Shown here: positions 14,461 to 27,987 of the stretch, in pieces
Numbering within the stretch: position 1 is the stretch's first letter
Layout of the letters: each line of letters opens with the position of its first letter
From: Octopus sinensis
Taxonomy: Eukaryota
Reading direction: 5' to 3'
Length of the DNA: 64,000 nucleotides
Assembly: GCF_006345805.1 (NCBI RefSeq)
Contig: NC_043005.1
Location: 11,656,001 to 11,720,000, forward strand
Translations under genes and position numbers: made by a program
Notes under the pieces: model-generated
Seen by the model: the letters and a program-made list of their open reading frames with translations, nothing else
What the model was told of the DNA's origin: nothing
Databases searched by the model: none

Positions 14461-17397
14461 TGTATGGAAGCACACACACTTGCACATGTGTATATTCAGT
14501 TAGTGGAAATCACTTATTCTGCATTGGGATTGGATTGGATTGGAACCTTTTAGATACAGCGTCCTTAGCACGTCTGAGACACATTAATTTCGATACCAAC
14601 AACGGCGTGATTACCTATTGCGTGATGATATAATATGAGTGCACGAAGATATTTCAAAACACAGTCTTAAATGAACATGAAATTAACATATTTATCATGA
14701 AATTCCTTTTCTTTTACTGCTGTCAGCTCGCTGAATGTGACCATGCTTGTGCAGAACCATTAAAGCGTGGTTGTTTTATAAAGATATTGTAGAATGATAA
14801 GCCATTATTTTTATAATGATTTTTCTTACAGAGAATAAATATAAAAATCGTAAAAATAAAAGATATACGTGGATATAGGAGAATAATATCCCATTTAGTA
14901 TCTCATATAACATATCCTAGATATTTATAAATTCATGTATTTTTATATTTTATACTTGTATAGATTTCTCCATGAAGTAGATATATTTTTACAAGAAATT
15001 TTTATCTTAAATACCTCGCGTATTCAATAAAAATGCTATAATTTTTTTTATTAGGATATCACATACCCTATGATGCAAGCAGTGGAAAAACAACAAAAAC
15101 AATAAAAGAGTGGTTTGATGGAATTCATGTTTGTTATTCATCTTGTTTTTATTTTGAATCAATATTATGATAAGAAGGTAAACGTTGGAAAAACAAGAAA
15201 GAACGACTTCCATGCTGGGGTGAGGTCTTGAGGCAATAGAAAACCAATTGATGTACTAAATCGAATAAAACGCATCCATCGTAAATAATTTTGGGTTATT
15301 ATGCTTTCCTCAAATTCACCATTTCAACAAACGTACATCATTATTTATGCAGTTTAAGTTTCATATTCTTTCCTTTCTTTCACTTTTTCTTTCCTTTTTC
15401 TCTGCGCTTTCCTCTTTGTCTTTTCACTGGAGCATGTTTATTCAATATCCGATTAGCAATACAAATAATGCTTTCTAATTGAGACAATAGGCTAGCAATT
15501 TTGAAAGGTATGGGAAGAGTTAGTCGATTAGGTAGGTGGACACTTGTAGTCTATTTCGTCTACGGTGGAGGGATGAAAAGCAAAGATGAAAAGCAAAGTT
15601 CAACTCGGAGAGATTCAAACGCAGAACAGAGCCAGAGTAAATATATTTTCGACGCTCTAACGATTGAGCCAGTTCACCACTTCAAATAATTATTTTCAAA
15701 TTGTCGCATCAGACCAGGAATTTTCATGGGAAGGGGAAGTCAATTACGTTGACCCCAGGGCTCAACTGATATTTATTTTAGCGACTCCAAAAGAATGAAA
15801 AGCAAACCCAACCACAATAATATTTAAAATCTGGACATCAAGAGCCGAAATAATTTTCACTAAGCATTTTGTCCGATGCCGTTACGATTCTGCGAACTCC
15901 TGCCCCATCTCACTCAGCAATACAAATAAGACTTAATAGGCGCACAGTCACCTTACTCAGAGAATGGTCGTAAACTGTTATTTAAAATTTATCACGTATA
16001 TGAATGGTGCTAAATATATTGATTCTGTATGAATAAAACCTACCTTGGCGGGAACTCCGAACCAAGATCGTAAAAGGACTTAACTAAATATCGATTTTGG
16101 CAGTTATCCCTCACTATATTCATTCTTGTTTCTTACACAGTGAGAAAGCCACGAATTTCTTGTGAAGGTCAATAGTCGATTATATCGGTCAGAATAAATG
16201 ACTGCTAGATTAATTTATCATCCGAAAGGATCAAAGTAAACTGAATCTCGGTGGGATCTGAACACAAATATCCGCACTAAATACTAAAAGTTATTTTATT
16301 CAATAATCTAACTATTGTGCTAATCTACCGGACTAAAAAATGAATCTTACCACAGTTCCTACTTAATATGTAACTATACTTTTGCCCTGGCGGAAAATGG
16401 TAATTTATAAGATTAAGGAATTCCAAAGTTGTATTAGAAATAAACGGAATGACTCTTACTCTATTTCGTGTGATCATGAAAACGTAAGAATCATTTATTG
16501 GCTCTAGCTGAAGAGTCCTTCATTGAAAGGACTTCATCATTCATAGGTTGATATATTTTGTATACTATGTATATATTTTATGTCACCTTTCCTCCCTCTC
16601 TCTTTCTTCCCGTCATTTATATAATCATCTAGACAAATTGTATAGGGTCCTTGTAACGTCCATCTCCTCTGATGGGTCTGTGGTAAATAAAAGATATCAT
16701 TGACAGAATCATCAGAGCATCAGGAAAGGTGCTTCGGTCGCTTTTTCCGGCTTTTTACGTTCAGAGCTGAAATCACACTGGGGCTATATTGGCCATTGAT
16801 CCCTTCGGGGTCGATAAAATATTGTACCAGTGAAGTACTAGAGTCGATGGTATCTCTACCCCACCTCTTCATTTGTTTTTGCTTTGGGCCTATATTAGCA
16901 TCCATCTATCATTATTATTATTATTTTTACTTTTAATCTGCATGTTTGTTACAGTTACTTGCCGAGGCGCAGCCAGCGTCCTGGGGCGAGTAAAGGATAA
17001 GATATGTTATAATATGACTGAAAGCTTAGGGAGGGGAAGTAAAATATCTTCATGTAATACAACAAAGACATTTCAAGGGATGCGGTTTTTCTAAGGATGC
17101 AGGCAGTACTTGTCAGTATAATCTTTTGGATTTCTCTGAGACATGCTTCTCCTGGGAACTTATCTAGATGTTACTGGCATTCCTTTTATATCATAGCTAG
17201 ACAACCAACAATAACAGGAACAGGGCACCTACAATAACAGTTCTCACTTTAAGATGCCAGATCTATTGTGTTTCAATTTTCAGATCCTTAAATTTACTTA
17301 ATTAATTTCTCAGATGCTTTTACAGATATATTTTTATCAGTGAGAATACTGATATCTATTAGTCAAGAAATGTTTTCTTCCCTGTCTGTAATAATTA

Positions 17398-17791
17398 CTA
17401 GCAGTATCGCCCGGCGTTGCTCGGGTTTGTAAGGGAAATAACTATATAAGCATTTTTAGAGATGTAAAGTATAATAGCCATCTCAATATGGCTAACCACA
17501 AAGGGGGGTGTTACTGTAGCTTTTTACGTTCTGAGATTTGATAATAAATTTTTAGAGAGTTACTTCCCTTATATATGCCAAAAATGCATTAAAAATGGAA
17601 AAAATTGATGGTAATTTTTTTAAAAATCGTAGACACATCGTAGACGCGCGCTAATACCCAGAAGGGCTCGATATGAATCACGACTATAAGATACCCGGTT
17701 TTGGTTAAACTGCACCGCAAAATGTGGGAGTAGTTAGGAATCTAAATCGCAGGAGACAGACAGCACACAACCTCACTTTTATATATAAAGA
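17398..17791 (-). mobile_element. Non-autonomous Helitron (about 395 bp)
   Basis: 5' A^TCTTTATATATAAAAG, 3' hairpin cccgagcaacgccggg then CTAG^T, no TSD. Removing it restores the R4 frame (agt cca gac a|ta att att). Confidence 0.9.
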
Positions 17792-18301
17792 TGTCTGGAC
17801 TATTATCCTGGATCGTTCTGTCAGTGTTGACAAGAAAATCCCAGACGATGGTGACATTTTTACCTTCAACGACTGGCTCAGGATGATGTTTGTACCAGTA
17901 AACAAGAGTGCTGATTTTGTAATGTTAACATATTTTCCAATGTAAATACTGTTCTACTCTATAGTGGTGATTTTTGTATTCGTTTCGTGTCAGAACAGGA
18001 CATCTCGAGACGGGATGGTCTATTGTTCCGTCAAATGTGTCGCAGAATCTGCATTTAGAGTCAGAACCGTTTTGAAGAACGTTAGCCTGTTAGTTTCTTG
18101 TAAGTAAGCTTTGATTGTGAGCCGCCAATATAAAACCTTCAGTCTCTGCTTTCAGTCCTGAACTTCTCAGCCACTGATGGGTTGTTGCTTGGTCTACATC
18201 AGCATTTCGAAGTATAAACTGTCTAAGTAGTGGCTTCTGGCTCCACCATTCCTAAATTTATTTCTGCCCATTCTTTTCTTCTTCTTCTTCTTCTTCTTCT
18301 C

Positions 18302-18334
<33 letters not shown>

Positions 18335-18426
18335 TGATGAAAACTCACAGCTTCTTTTGCTGGGTATGGTGGAAAGTGTCAGCTGTCCGCAGCCAGCAGA
18401 CAAAGGTAACACATTGTTATTATGAA

Positions 18427-18650
18427 GGCGGCTATTAGGCAGAATCGTTAGCAGGCCGGGCGAAATGCTTAGCAGTATTTCGTCTGCCGCTACGTTATAA
18501 GTTTCAAATTCTGCCGAGGTCAGTTTTGCCTTTTATCCTTTCGGGGTTCGGGGTCGATGAAATAAATACCAGTTAACACACAAGGGTCGATGTAATCGAC
18601 TATACCCCTTAGCCCCAAATTTTCAAAGCCTTGTGCCTAGAGTAGAATTA
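18427..18650 (+). mobile_element. SINE family A inserted in the R4 element
   Basis: ggcggct..ggcagaatcgttagc..ttcaaattctgccgaggtc..ttcggggtcgat. Confidence 0.88.
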
Positions 18651-18672
18651 TTGTTTTTGTTATTATTATTAT

Positions 18673-18710
<38 letters not shown>

Positions 18711-19533
18711 GTAGTAGTAGTAGTAGAGTAGTAGTAGTAGTAGCAGCTGATTACTTCATTAACCTTTCAGTCAATCAATCAGTTGGTTTCTCAGAATACT
18801 TTCGTCACCATTTGCAGCTTAGTCAATGACATGCATTCATTCTACCAGGTCTTTCTAGTTGCGCATGTCTCTAGGTCTCCAAACCAATAAAAGTAGCATA
18901 CTTGTATTTACAAGTTTGGCGACATATTCTTTTCGTTTTCTGTGGATATGCGAGTGAATATGCGTGCGTCATGATGAGAGCGCGAGGGATGTTTGAAAAT
19001 CCGGAAGGGATGTGTAGTCATGCTTGTGACAGTAAATACGACACTTTTTGTGACTATTTTCGTATTTCCGTATTTTCCAACAGATCTCCCTCTTCGTTCA
19101 AATCTGTCTCTATCTTGTACTTATTCGCATATACATACACGTGTAAAACCCATCTACATGCTCGTACATGGATTTATGGACAACACTAAACACACACACC
19201 CATATGCACCTACTTGTAAGCACATACACACACATACACACAAACATAGCCACCCACGCACACACATAACACACACGTGTCCACCCACCTATATATTGCT
19301 TCCACGGCATATGTATCCGGGTCAGATAGTAGTAACAGGGTCATTTCTAATCATAAATATCTTTCAGGTTTATGAATACATATCAGTTGACCTACATGTA
19401 TAAGTGCATATATGAGTCATGCCATCATAAGCTTTTGGTAAGGAATTGTAGAATGGGAAAGTAGGTGACCCCATCGACCATGGTACCCGATTGGCACCTT
19501 CATGAAGGATCTCATACCGCGATACCTATATAA

Positions 19534-19765
19534 GGCGGCGAGCTGGCAGAATCGTTAGCACGCCGGGCGAAATGCTTATCGGTATTTCGTCTGCCGCTAC
19601 GTTCTGAGTTCAAATTCCGCCGAGGTCGACTTTGCCTTTCATCCTTTCGGGGTCGATTAAATAAGTACCAGTTACGTACTGGGGTCGATATAATCGACTT
19701 AATCTGTTTGTCTGTCATTGTTTGTCCTCTCTGTGTTGAGCCCCTTGTGGAGTAAAGAAAGAGAT
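19534..19765 (+). mobile_element. SINE family A, full length (reference copy)
   Basis: ggcggcgagctggcagaatcgttagcacgccgggcgaaatgct..gagttcaaattccgccgaggtcgactttgcctttcatcctttcggggtcgat; A/B-box-like head. Confidence 0.95.
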
Positions 19766-20356
19766 ACCTATATTTAGAGATATTAATGCCTCCTCCAACA
19801 CAAAGAATACATAGACAAACATGCTAAAAAACTCGTGTCCCTCTATAGAGAGATGGTATGTTCAGGTTATTGTGGCAGTGGTGGTGGGATTGTTGTTATT
19901 TCTTTCGTATTTTCTGTTGAGTACCGGCTTCTGTTCTGTTATATCGAAGTCTTCATGTATTTGTCGTAACGCTGAGGCACGTCGATATGTTGATAGGATT
20001 AAGTTTTTTTTTTAGTGTGCCATCACCTTTATTCTTAGCATGTTGATCGAGTACTGATGTAGGCTTCCAATTTCTGTGTTACTGGGGTGGTTCTCCCACT
20101 TTCTCAGCAAAGTTGCGTGCGGTTCCTTCCATGCAAGAAATGGTAAAGTACCTGCATTCACTTTCCATGCACGACCGGCATTAAGTCATGATGTAAATAA
20201 AGGCTAAGCAAAATTGTCTGTGATTACATTGCATGTATAAAGCAATAAGCTACTTTGTTTCAGAAGGCAGGTGTGGCTAAGAAAAGCAAGCAGTAAAGTC
20301 ATCTTGATGATGAATCATAACAATCAAATGATTCGTACGTGTATTTATGTATGTGT

Positions 20357-20660
20357 GGAGGCGCAATGGCCTAGTGGTTAGGGCAGCGGACTCGCGGTCG
20401 CAGGATCGCGGTTTCGATTCCCAGACCGGGCGTTGTGAGTGTTTATGGAACGAAAACACCTAAAAGCTCCACGAGGCTCCGGTAGGGGGTGGTGATCCCT
20501 GCTGTACTCTTTCACCACTCTTTCTCTCACTCTTTCTTCTGTTGGCCTGCTCGCTTAGCCAGCGGGGTGGCGTCATTCGAAGGCTAAAACAATGCGAACG
20601 CATTGTGACCAGCGATGTGTAACAACATCTGATGGTCTGGTCGGTCACGTGATCACGTGA
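20357..20660 (+). mobile_element. SINE family B, full length, double E-box tail subfamily
   Basis: tRNA-like head ggaggcgcaatggcctagtggttaggg..ggtttcgattccc; ends ggtcacgtgatcacgtga. Confidence 0.93.
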
Positions 20661-20985
20661 TTTATGTATGTATGTATGTGTATGGATGTGTGTATGTATC
20701 ATGCATAGAAGCACACTCACACACACACACACATACACACACAGAAGGCTGTTTTCTAAAAAATGGAAAATCCAGAAATCCAGGCCACTTCCGGTCCCAA
20801 GGTTGCCGGATATTTTGTCAGTCATCGTGTAATTTATCTATCTTATCTATCTATAAATGTTATCTATCTATGAATCTTATCTACTTGCCTACCGACCTAC
20901 CTACCTACCTGCATACCTACGTGCATACCTACCTACCCGCCTACCTACCTACCTACCCACCTACCTACCTACCTACATAGCTACC

Positions 20986-21028
<43 letters not shown>

Positions 21029-21029
21029 T

Positions 21030-21232
21030 AGTTAATCCAAACATGAACAAAGAGAAAACACAACGCGAGGACGTGGAACAAGTATAGTGTTATTGGACGC
21101 TCAGGAAAGGAAAGAAAGAAGGAGGATTTAACGTTTCGAGCGGAGCTCTTCGTCCGAAATATAGAAAAAAGAAAAGTTCAAGGAAGGGAAGAGTGAGAAA
21201 GAAAATCGCCAACGATACACTCGCGGTCATAT
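21030..21232 (-). mobile_element. PLE pLTR-like repeat H2, second copy (hammerhead core U4-to-G)
   Basis: Reverse complement of 21127-21160 reads atttCGGACGA-A-GAGC tcc GCTC-GAAAC-GTT-aaat. Confidence 0.7.
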
Positions 21233-21295
21233 ATTGATATATATATATTCATATATATATATATACCTACATACATACATACATACATACATACA

Positions 21296-21331
<36 letters not shown>

Positions 21332-22139
21332 TATATATACATATACATATACATACGTAGCTGCATACACACATGCCTCGTATTACTGCCATCTCAGGTA
21401 ATAGGAGTTTGCAATGATGGTATTTGTAAAGTATGATGACTTTTTTTCAGGATATGACTTAGCGCAAAGTCGGATTAATCTCAACAATTTAAATGGCCGT
21501 CTCCAGACGTTTTAGCTAAGATCAAAGCAATGTTAAGTTTGAAAATCTACAATCAAGATACATAAATATCTGCGTGGGCATGTGTAAATGTTTGCGCTTA
21601 ATTCACTATATACCCAACGTGTAAGGTGAACATTTTCTCTGTGAATAAAAAAAATATGACAAAAGTTTCGTTGACAGGAATTAAAACATGGCTTTCTTGT
21701 TTACCACTTAGAAAGACGTACTAAAAATTGCACCACGAGAAGTTTTTGATCTCATCTCTTATTATGCTAGTCATATTGAATATATATTTAAGGAGTAAGG
21801 AAACGCACGCGTGTTTCAAAGAGAAATAACATCTACAAAAGAACAGATATATTATTTAGGATCGATGTAGATACGAGAATAAGCTTTCGGGGAATATGAA
21901 ATCAATTAATAAAACCAAATGACGACTGTAGATATACTTTATATCAAGAATACAAAAGTAAACACGTACTGGGGCAAGAAGTATGTATGTATAAATATAT
22001 ATATATAATGTAATTATTTACGTGGGTATGTGTATATAAGAACCAAAATGGGGTTCCTGAATAGATTATAATCAGACATGTTTTCATATAAAAATATAGA
22101 GAAACAGTGATATAAGGACATAGAAATAATTTGAATATG

Positions 22140-22157
22140 TGCATATCTATCTATCTA

Positions 22158-22194
<37 letters not shown>

Positions 22195-22219
22195 AATATA
22201 TATATATATATAATATATA

Positions 22220-22257
<38 letters not shown>

Positions 22258-22308
22258 TTATATATATATAATATAGATGTATATATCCATATATGTATGC
22301 ATGAAAAA

Positions 22309-22345
<37 letters not shown>

Positions 22346-22350
22346 AAGTG
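22140..22350. repeat. (TA)n and (GA)n microsatellites
   Basis: Directly visible. Confidence 0.95.
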
Positions 22351-23305
22351 TAGGTAAAAGAGAATAGATTTAACTACAAAATTTCATTGACATAATTATG
22401 GAAGTGGAGATGTATAGCTTAATGCCTCAAGCTCAAACTAGAAGAACTTCCCTTTCCTAATACTCTACGAATAATTATTAAGTCTTGAATTGCAACAATT
22501 TGAACTACAAACGCATGCAGGCAGTCACACACACACATACACACACACACGCACACACACACACACATATTTTTACTCGTCATTACGTAGAGAGACGATT
22601 AGAAACATCCATACAAACATTCATATTAATAGCGAGAATAAGGTTCGCTAAAAAACGAAAATAAACAAAATTAACCGATTTAAAATACATCCAACGTAAG
22701 TATATCGTACCATTAGAAATGTTTAGCACCGTTAGGATCATGTGTCTAATATATATATGTATATGTATGTATATTTGTGTGTATGTATTTGTGTGTGTGT
22801 GTGTGTACATGCGCGTGTATGTATTTATGTATGCTTGTATGTATGTATTCTCGAGCCATGTGACTCCTCTTTCTGCCTTGTCTATATTTTAGATTTACTA
22901 CAACTTATGCAGACGCCATTACAACGACTGCCGATTTCTCTCACTCAACACCTCTGTATCTAGCTGTTTCTCAATCTTCTTACCCTATTTACCTTTTTGT
23001 CCTTATTTCCTTTTCTTTCTTTATCTATTTCTCTATTTATCTCTCTATCTTTTTTTTTTATCTTTCTATTTATATAACTTTCACCTTCATTCTCGTTTTC
23101 TTTCCCCTTTCTGTCTTTCTAGAAATAGCATCATGTTGTTAGCGTATATATAACGCTTCCGCTACTCTGTATGGAGATGAATTGGCGAAATAAAATTTAC
23201 TAATAGATCAATAAACAATAACAATAACAACTGCTCCAGTAACAGTAAAAACAAAAACAAAAAACACAGCAAGACTGGTTAAATCAGTAACTACAATAGA
23301 TAAGA

Positions 23306-23374
<69 letters not shown>

Positions 23375-24664
23375 GTGTACAAGAGAAATAAGACAATATA
23401 ACAAAAAGAGAAAAGTGAGACAGAGAAAGAGAGGAGGTAAAGTGATACAAAGTTCTTGATCTGGAAATAAACCAAAGAAAACAATAGAACGTTTCGAAAA
23501 TACTGTAGATGTGTTGACAAACTGCAGGATGTATCAGCTACGTGCTTCCTCTTACCGAACGGAAAACCATTTGTGTTGTGGATAAAGAATACAAATTAAA
23601 CTCACCAAGAGGAAATATATTCATAACAATACACAGAATGTCTTATAATATCTTTAAATAACAAACTACAATTTGTATTTGAATGTTTGCAGTTATAAAC
23701 CATTTAGAGAGGAGTTCGGCAGAGTCTAATTCGTAAAAGAACAGCCAAGATATTGAAATGATAAAAAGGGCAGAGAATTGACAGGATTTAGCAAGAGTGG
23801 TGAACGAATGCAATGTGGTAGTTATTTACGTCACTCTACATTCTGAGTTCGAATCCACTCAGATAGTCATTTCAGGATTAATAAAATTAGTACTAGCCAG
23901 ATACTAAATTAACATGACGGACCATATCTTGTTCCAGTAGTGATCAGAATTGTTCAATCATACGTCCTATGTATTATAATAATAATAATAATAAAACATT
24001 GTGTACAGTGCTCAGGTGCACTACAACTCATCTAAAGTGTATATATAATTAGGTGTAGTTTCGGCGGATTTCGGAAAGCATGAGGGCCTTAAAGGATGCA
24101 GTGTCATAGCAGTCAACAACTGACGCAGGCAGTTTATTCCATGCTTCAGCAACTCTGAGCGTGAAATAATGTTTCCGAAAGTCATCGTGTAGGGTAGATT
24201 TTCTCATGAGGTGGGCAGGAGCCTGTGCGGACTAAAAAGAGAGCAAATAAATTTTCATGATTTCCCTTGTTTAATAAATATAAAACTGTTTTAAAGTTTT
24301 AAAGGCATCCAACACTATGGCGAAGAACAAAGAGGAGTATACGGATGCGAATTTTTCTCTCTCTTCCTCAGTAGGATGGGGTAAAAATGTTTACCCTTTC
24401 TTTTAGTTTGAGGGTGTGAAGTTAATATTAATGAATTTGAGTAATATAATATTTAGCATCTCTCTTTTACTCTTTAACTTCATTTGACTGTGGCCATGTT
24501 GGAGCAGCGCCTTTAGTCGAACACATCGACCCCAGGACTTATTCTTTGTAAGCTTAGTGCTTATTCTATCGGTCTCTTTTGCCGAACCGCTAAGTTACGG
24601 GGACGTACACACACCAGCATCGGTTGTCAAGCGATATGGGAGGTGTGTGACAAACATAGACTCA

Positions 24665-24721
<57 letters not shown>

Positions 24722-24786
24722 GTAGGTCCCGGGTTGATTCGGGGTTAACCACAGTAAATAAGGTACTCAATACATAGCAGAGTAAA

Positions 24787-24911
24787 ATTAATTTATTATA
24801 TAGAAGGAGCTTCTACAGGACTAGAACTGTTTCATTCAAGAGAAATCTTCCTGAAGATTTCTCTTGAATGAAACAGTTCTAGTCCTGTAGAAGCTCCTTC
24901 TATATAATAAA

Positions 24912-24916
<5 letters not shown>
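24787..24916. repeat. Perfect 130-bp palindrome (64-bp arms, 2-nt spacer)
   Basis: 24787-24850 is the exact reverse complement of 24853-24916 (checked base by base). Confidence 0.97.
24847..24893 (+). ncRNA. Type I hammerhead ribozyme motif within the palindrome
   Basis: cttc-CTGAAGA-tttc tctt gaat-GAAA-CAG ttctagtc CTG-T-A-gaag: canonical core, 4-bp stem III, GUA triplet, stem I cttc/gaag. Stem II has a U-U first pair. Confidence 0.65.
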
Positions 24917-24967
<51 letters not shown>

Positions 24968-25320
24968 CATATATACGACAGGCTTCTTTCAGTTTCCGTC
25001 TACCAAATCCACTCACAAGGCTTTGGTCGGCCCAAGGCTACAGTAGAAGACACTTCCCCAAGGTGCCACGCAGTGGGACTGAACCCGGAACCATGGAGTT
25101 GGTAACCAAGCTACTTACCACACAGCTATTCCCACGCCTACGGTAATTTATATCTTATAAGGGTTTTCCGTCGACATTTGTTATACGGATCCCATAAAAT
25201 AAAATCTGGCTTTTGTTTCTATCTAGTCGTCTCGGTAAACTGCGATCGGAAAAGCCTATGAACAAGGGTCTCTTTCCAATTATTACTATGTCGTTATTAT
25301 TTCTAGACTTATTGTGTGTA

Positions 25321-26850
25321 CGAGGGAGTGGGGCTGAAAATTTCATAGCTCGACTATGAAGGAGAGATACTAGACTTGTGAAACCTTGCATGCCTTCAAT
25401 TCAGCTCTACTTAATAACTGCAATGTTTTTCCACGTAAACCGACATTTAAGAGATTATAGAACACTTCGAAAGTAACAAGTAGCAACTTCTCCTGAAAAT
25501 CGACAAAAGTTGGCATTGTGTTGTCATCAAGTACATGCAGAAAAGGGTTTAGCTCCCATCGACATTTATGCTGACATGCTTACTACATCAGGGCATAACT
25601 TTTAGGTTTTATCAACAGTGCAAGAGTGGGTAGCTGAATTCAGGAGCGGAAGAGAGAGTCTTGAGATGACCCAAGGGCAGGACGTCATGCAAGTGCTACC
25701 ATCGAAGGAAACATGGAGCGTATTCACTACATGCTGATGGTTGATAGGTATTTGGCTGTAAATCAAATATCTAATGCTCTTAGCATATCTCGCGAGAGAG
25801 TTGAGAATATTCTGCACAATGAACTTGGCATGACAAAATTTTCTGCTCGGTGTGTGCTATGTCTCCTGACACCTGATCAAAAGCACACGAAGCTGACCAC
25901 AATAGGAGAAAATCTGACATTGTTTGAGGCAGATCCAGCTGGATCCCTTGAATATTTCCTCACCCAGGATGCGTGTTGGGTTAAGGACTCTGAGCCAGAG
26001 ACAAAGTAAAAATCCATGCAGTTGAAACATCCATCCTCACCTACTCTCATCATCATCATTGTTCGACCGTGGTCGAGACAATGGAATTTACCATGCTACG
26101 CCAGACTTCACGGTCCATCATAGCATTACGGGGGTCCTGTTGATTGATGCCTGTATCCCTGGAGATTACATCAGGGTAGGAGAGTGTGCGCCCTCTGGCA
26201 TTGCGAATAGATGGCTTCCAGAGGAGAAGAGTAGAAATTGCCTCGTTTTCAGCTCTACAACAATGTCCAGCAAACTGGACTCTTCTACCTTTCACGAGAG
26301 GTTAACGTAGGTTAAGATCCTTTCATTTGCAGCGCAAATGATGGTCTCAGATCTTGGGATTTAAAAGGTATTGTGTTTATTGGCTATCTTGAAAAATGAC
26401 ACACCACCAACGAAGAGCATTATGGCAACATGCTGAGGCAATTACATAAGGCTATCGTGACCAAGAATCCAAGAAAACTGACGAGAGGGGTCTTCTTTCA
26501 TCAGGACAATGCTTCAGTACCACAATGGCTGCTGTGCGTGACTGTGGCTTTGAACTGGTTGACCACACACCTATTTCTCCTGATTTGGCTCTATCTGATT
26601 ATCATCAGTCATCATGAAGAAACATTTGGCTGGGAATCATCACCTCTGTGATGATGATGTCATATCTGCTGTTGATAACATTTTTGACCAATAAGATGAA
26701 AGCTTCTTCACCAATTAGATCCAAGCACTGCAACACAGATGGAAAATGTGTGTGCACCGCAAGGGGCACTATTTGAAAAATATACCTCATTTGGTCAAAT
26801 TTTCTATGAGAGTATCGTGGTCAGCCTATGAAATTTTATGCCGACTATCA
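25321..26850 (+). mobile_element. Decayed mariner (Tc1/mariner, D,D34D-type) DNA transposon
   Basis: TA|cgagggag..ctgaaaatttcatag left TIR and degenerate ..ctatgaaatttt..|TA right TIR. Frameshifted transposase: STVQEWVAEFRSGRESLEDDPR..ILHNELGMTKFSAR..FLTQDACWV..EPETK..VFFHQDNA..SPDLALSDY..ALQHRWK. Confidence 0.92.
26046..26305 (-). mobile_element. 3' end of an RTE-like LINE inserted in the mariner
   Basis: ORF 26056-26295 RRVQFAGHCCRAENEAISTLLLWKP..RGRTLSYPDVISRDTG..AMMDREVWRSMV* followed by a (TGA)n tail. The mariner frame resumes at about 26309. Second copy at 57830-58015. Confidence 0.8.
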
Positions 26851-27987
26851 TAGAACGGCAGTACCTAATTTGTAATTCCTTTTGTAAGGTGGTAGTGTGT
26901 GAATTGAGGGAAATTTTGCAGCTCTTTCTAACAGATATACTGACCTTTTAACGCAGCATTTTGCAAACGGTGTACCATAAGGGGTATTTCGGTTCGTCTT
27001 GGATTAAAAAAAGAATCATTTGAAGCTTTTGGAAATTCATAACAATTGTTTGAAATTAAAGAGCAAAGCGAGAAATTTGTATTCGTGGCGGATATAGTTG
27101 ATTATATTGACTCTGAATCTTGACTGGTATTCTATTATAATGAAACCGAAAGGACGGAAGGCAAAGTTTACCGCATCAAGATTTGAAATAAAAATGTAAA
27201 AAGCTAGAAGAGATAAAAGCAAAGCCTTTTCTCACCGCTTTAAAGATTCCACCAATACACAACCTTGAAAAGTAATCCGTAGTAATGACTGATGAAAATT
27301 CTTATTCATAATTCATGCATAAGTATGATGAATAAAAGAAGACTAATAAATGCAATATTGTTCCATTTTATTTGATCTCCAGAGTATTACAATACCCCCA
27401 CCCCCACGCAAAGGAAAAGAAAGCTCGGCTTAAAACCCCTCATTGTTATCACGAATAAAAACCAGTAACTTATAAGATTGAGTTAATCAGTTAAGTCCAT
27501 TTTATCTCTTTATCCATATCTGTAATCCGGATCTTTGGATCTGTTTGTCCCGTATTTCTTTAACTGTACTTAGACAACATGAGTGGTATCAATAAGGTTT
27601 TTTTTCCTGTAATTAATGCCAAAATACAAAGAAGTCATTGCAAATTGAGAGATATTAATGTTTGACATTTTGCCTGATGAAACTAATCAATTTTCTAACT
27701 GTAGCAACAATCTTGGTCTGTTTTTGTTAAGTTAATGAAGAGTTATTAGTTGCTATGGGTAATGGGAGACATAAAAAAAGATGGTACATATTGAATATAG
27801 AATAAGTATGTTAAGTATTTTTTTTATTTGCTGACTCTAGAGGAAGGGGCAGTGCTCGTGACCTCAGCAGGACTTCGTAGACCGGCGTGGATCATGCTAT
27901 TGATGCTCCTGTTGTAACATTGCAAGTCAACATACGTAGAAATGACAACAGCAGCAAAGCAATTTTAAAGAGTTGATGTTTGGGAAG

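Larger units (their letters stand above)
16905..18900 (-). pseudogene. Decayed R4/Dong-clade non-LTR retrotransposon (C-terminal CCHC zinc knuckle + restriction-like endonuclease), 5'-truncated
   Basis: Hand translation of the minus strand gives ADVDQATTHQWLRSSGLKAETEGFILAAHNQSLLTRN*QAN..NGSDSKCRFCDTFDGTIDHPVSRCPVLTRNEYKNHHYRVEQYLHWKIC..WYKHHPEPVVEGKNVTIVWDFLVNTDRTIQDNSPDIIITDREE..LIDISI..EKL..VPVIVG..IQKIILTSTACILRK, then a 3' UTR and (TAA)n at about 16910-16925. Interrupted by a Helitron, a SINE and microsatellites. Confidence 0.88.
24461..25140 (-). mobile_element. SINE family C with a palindromic HHR element nested in its internal microsatellite
   Basis: Tail 24461-24660 and head 24970-25140 match family C; 24722-24916 is foreign. 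Confidence 0.9.

Noticed and set aside
17724-18100. Protein-looking plus-strand ORF (..WTIILDRSVSVDKKIPDD..) and an apparent AG..GTAAGT exon at about 17994-18097
   Set aside because: Both are the antisense of the R4 LINE zinc-knuckle/endonuclease region.
19534-19625. tRNA genes at SINE heads (families A, B, C, E)
   Set aside because: A/B boxes are present, but acceptor stems do not close and each continues into a SINE body.
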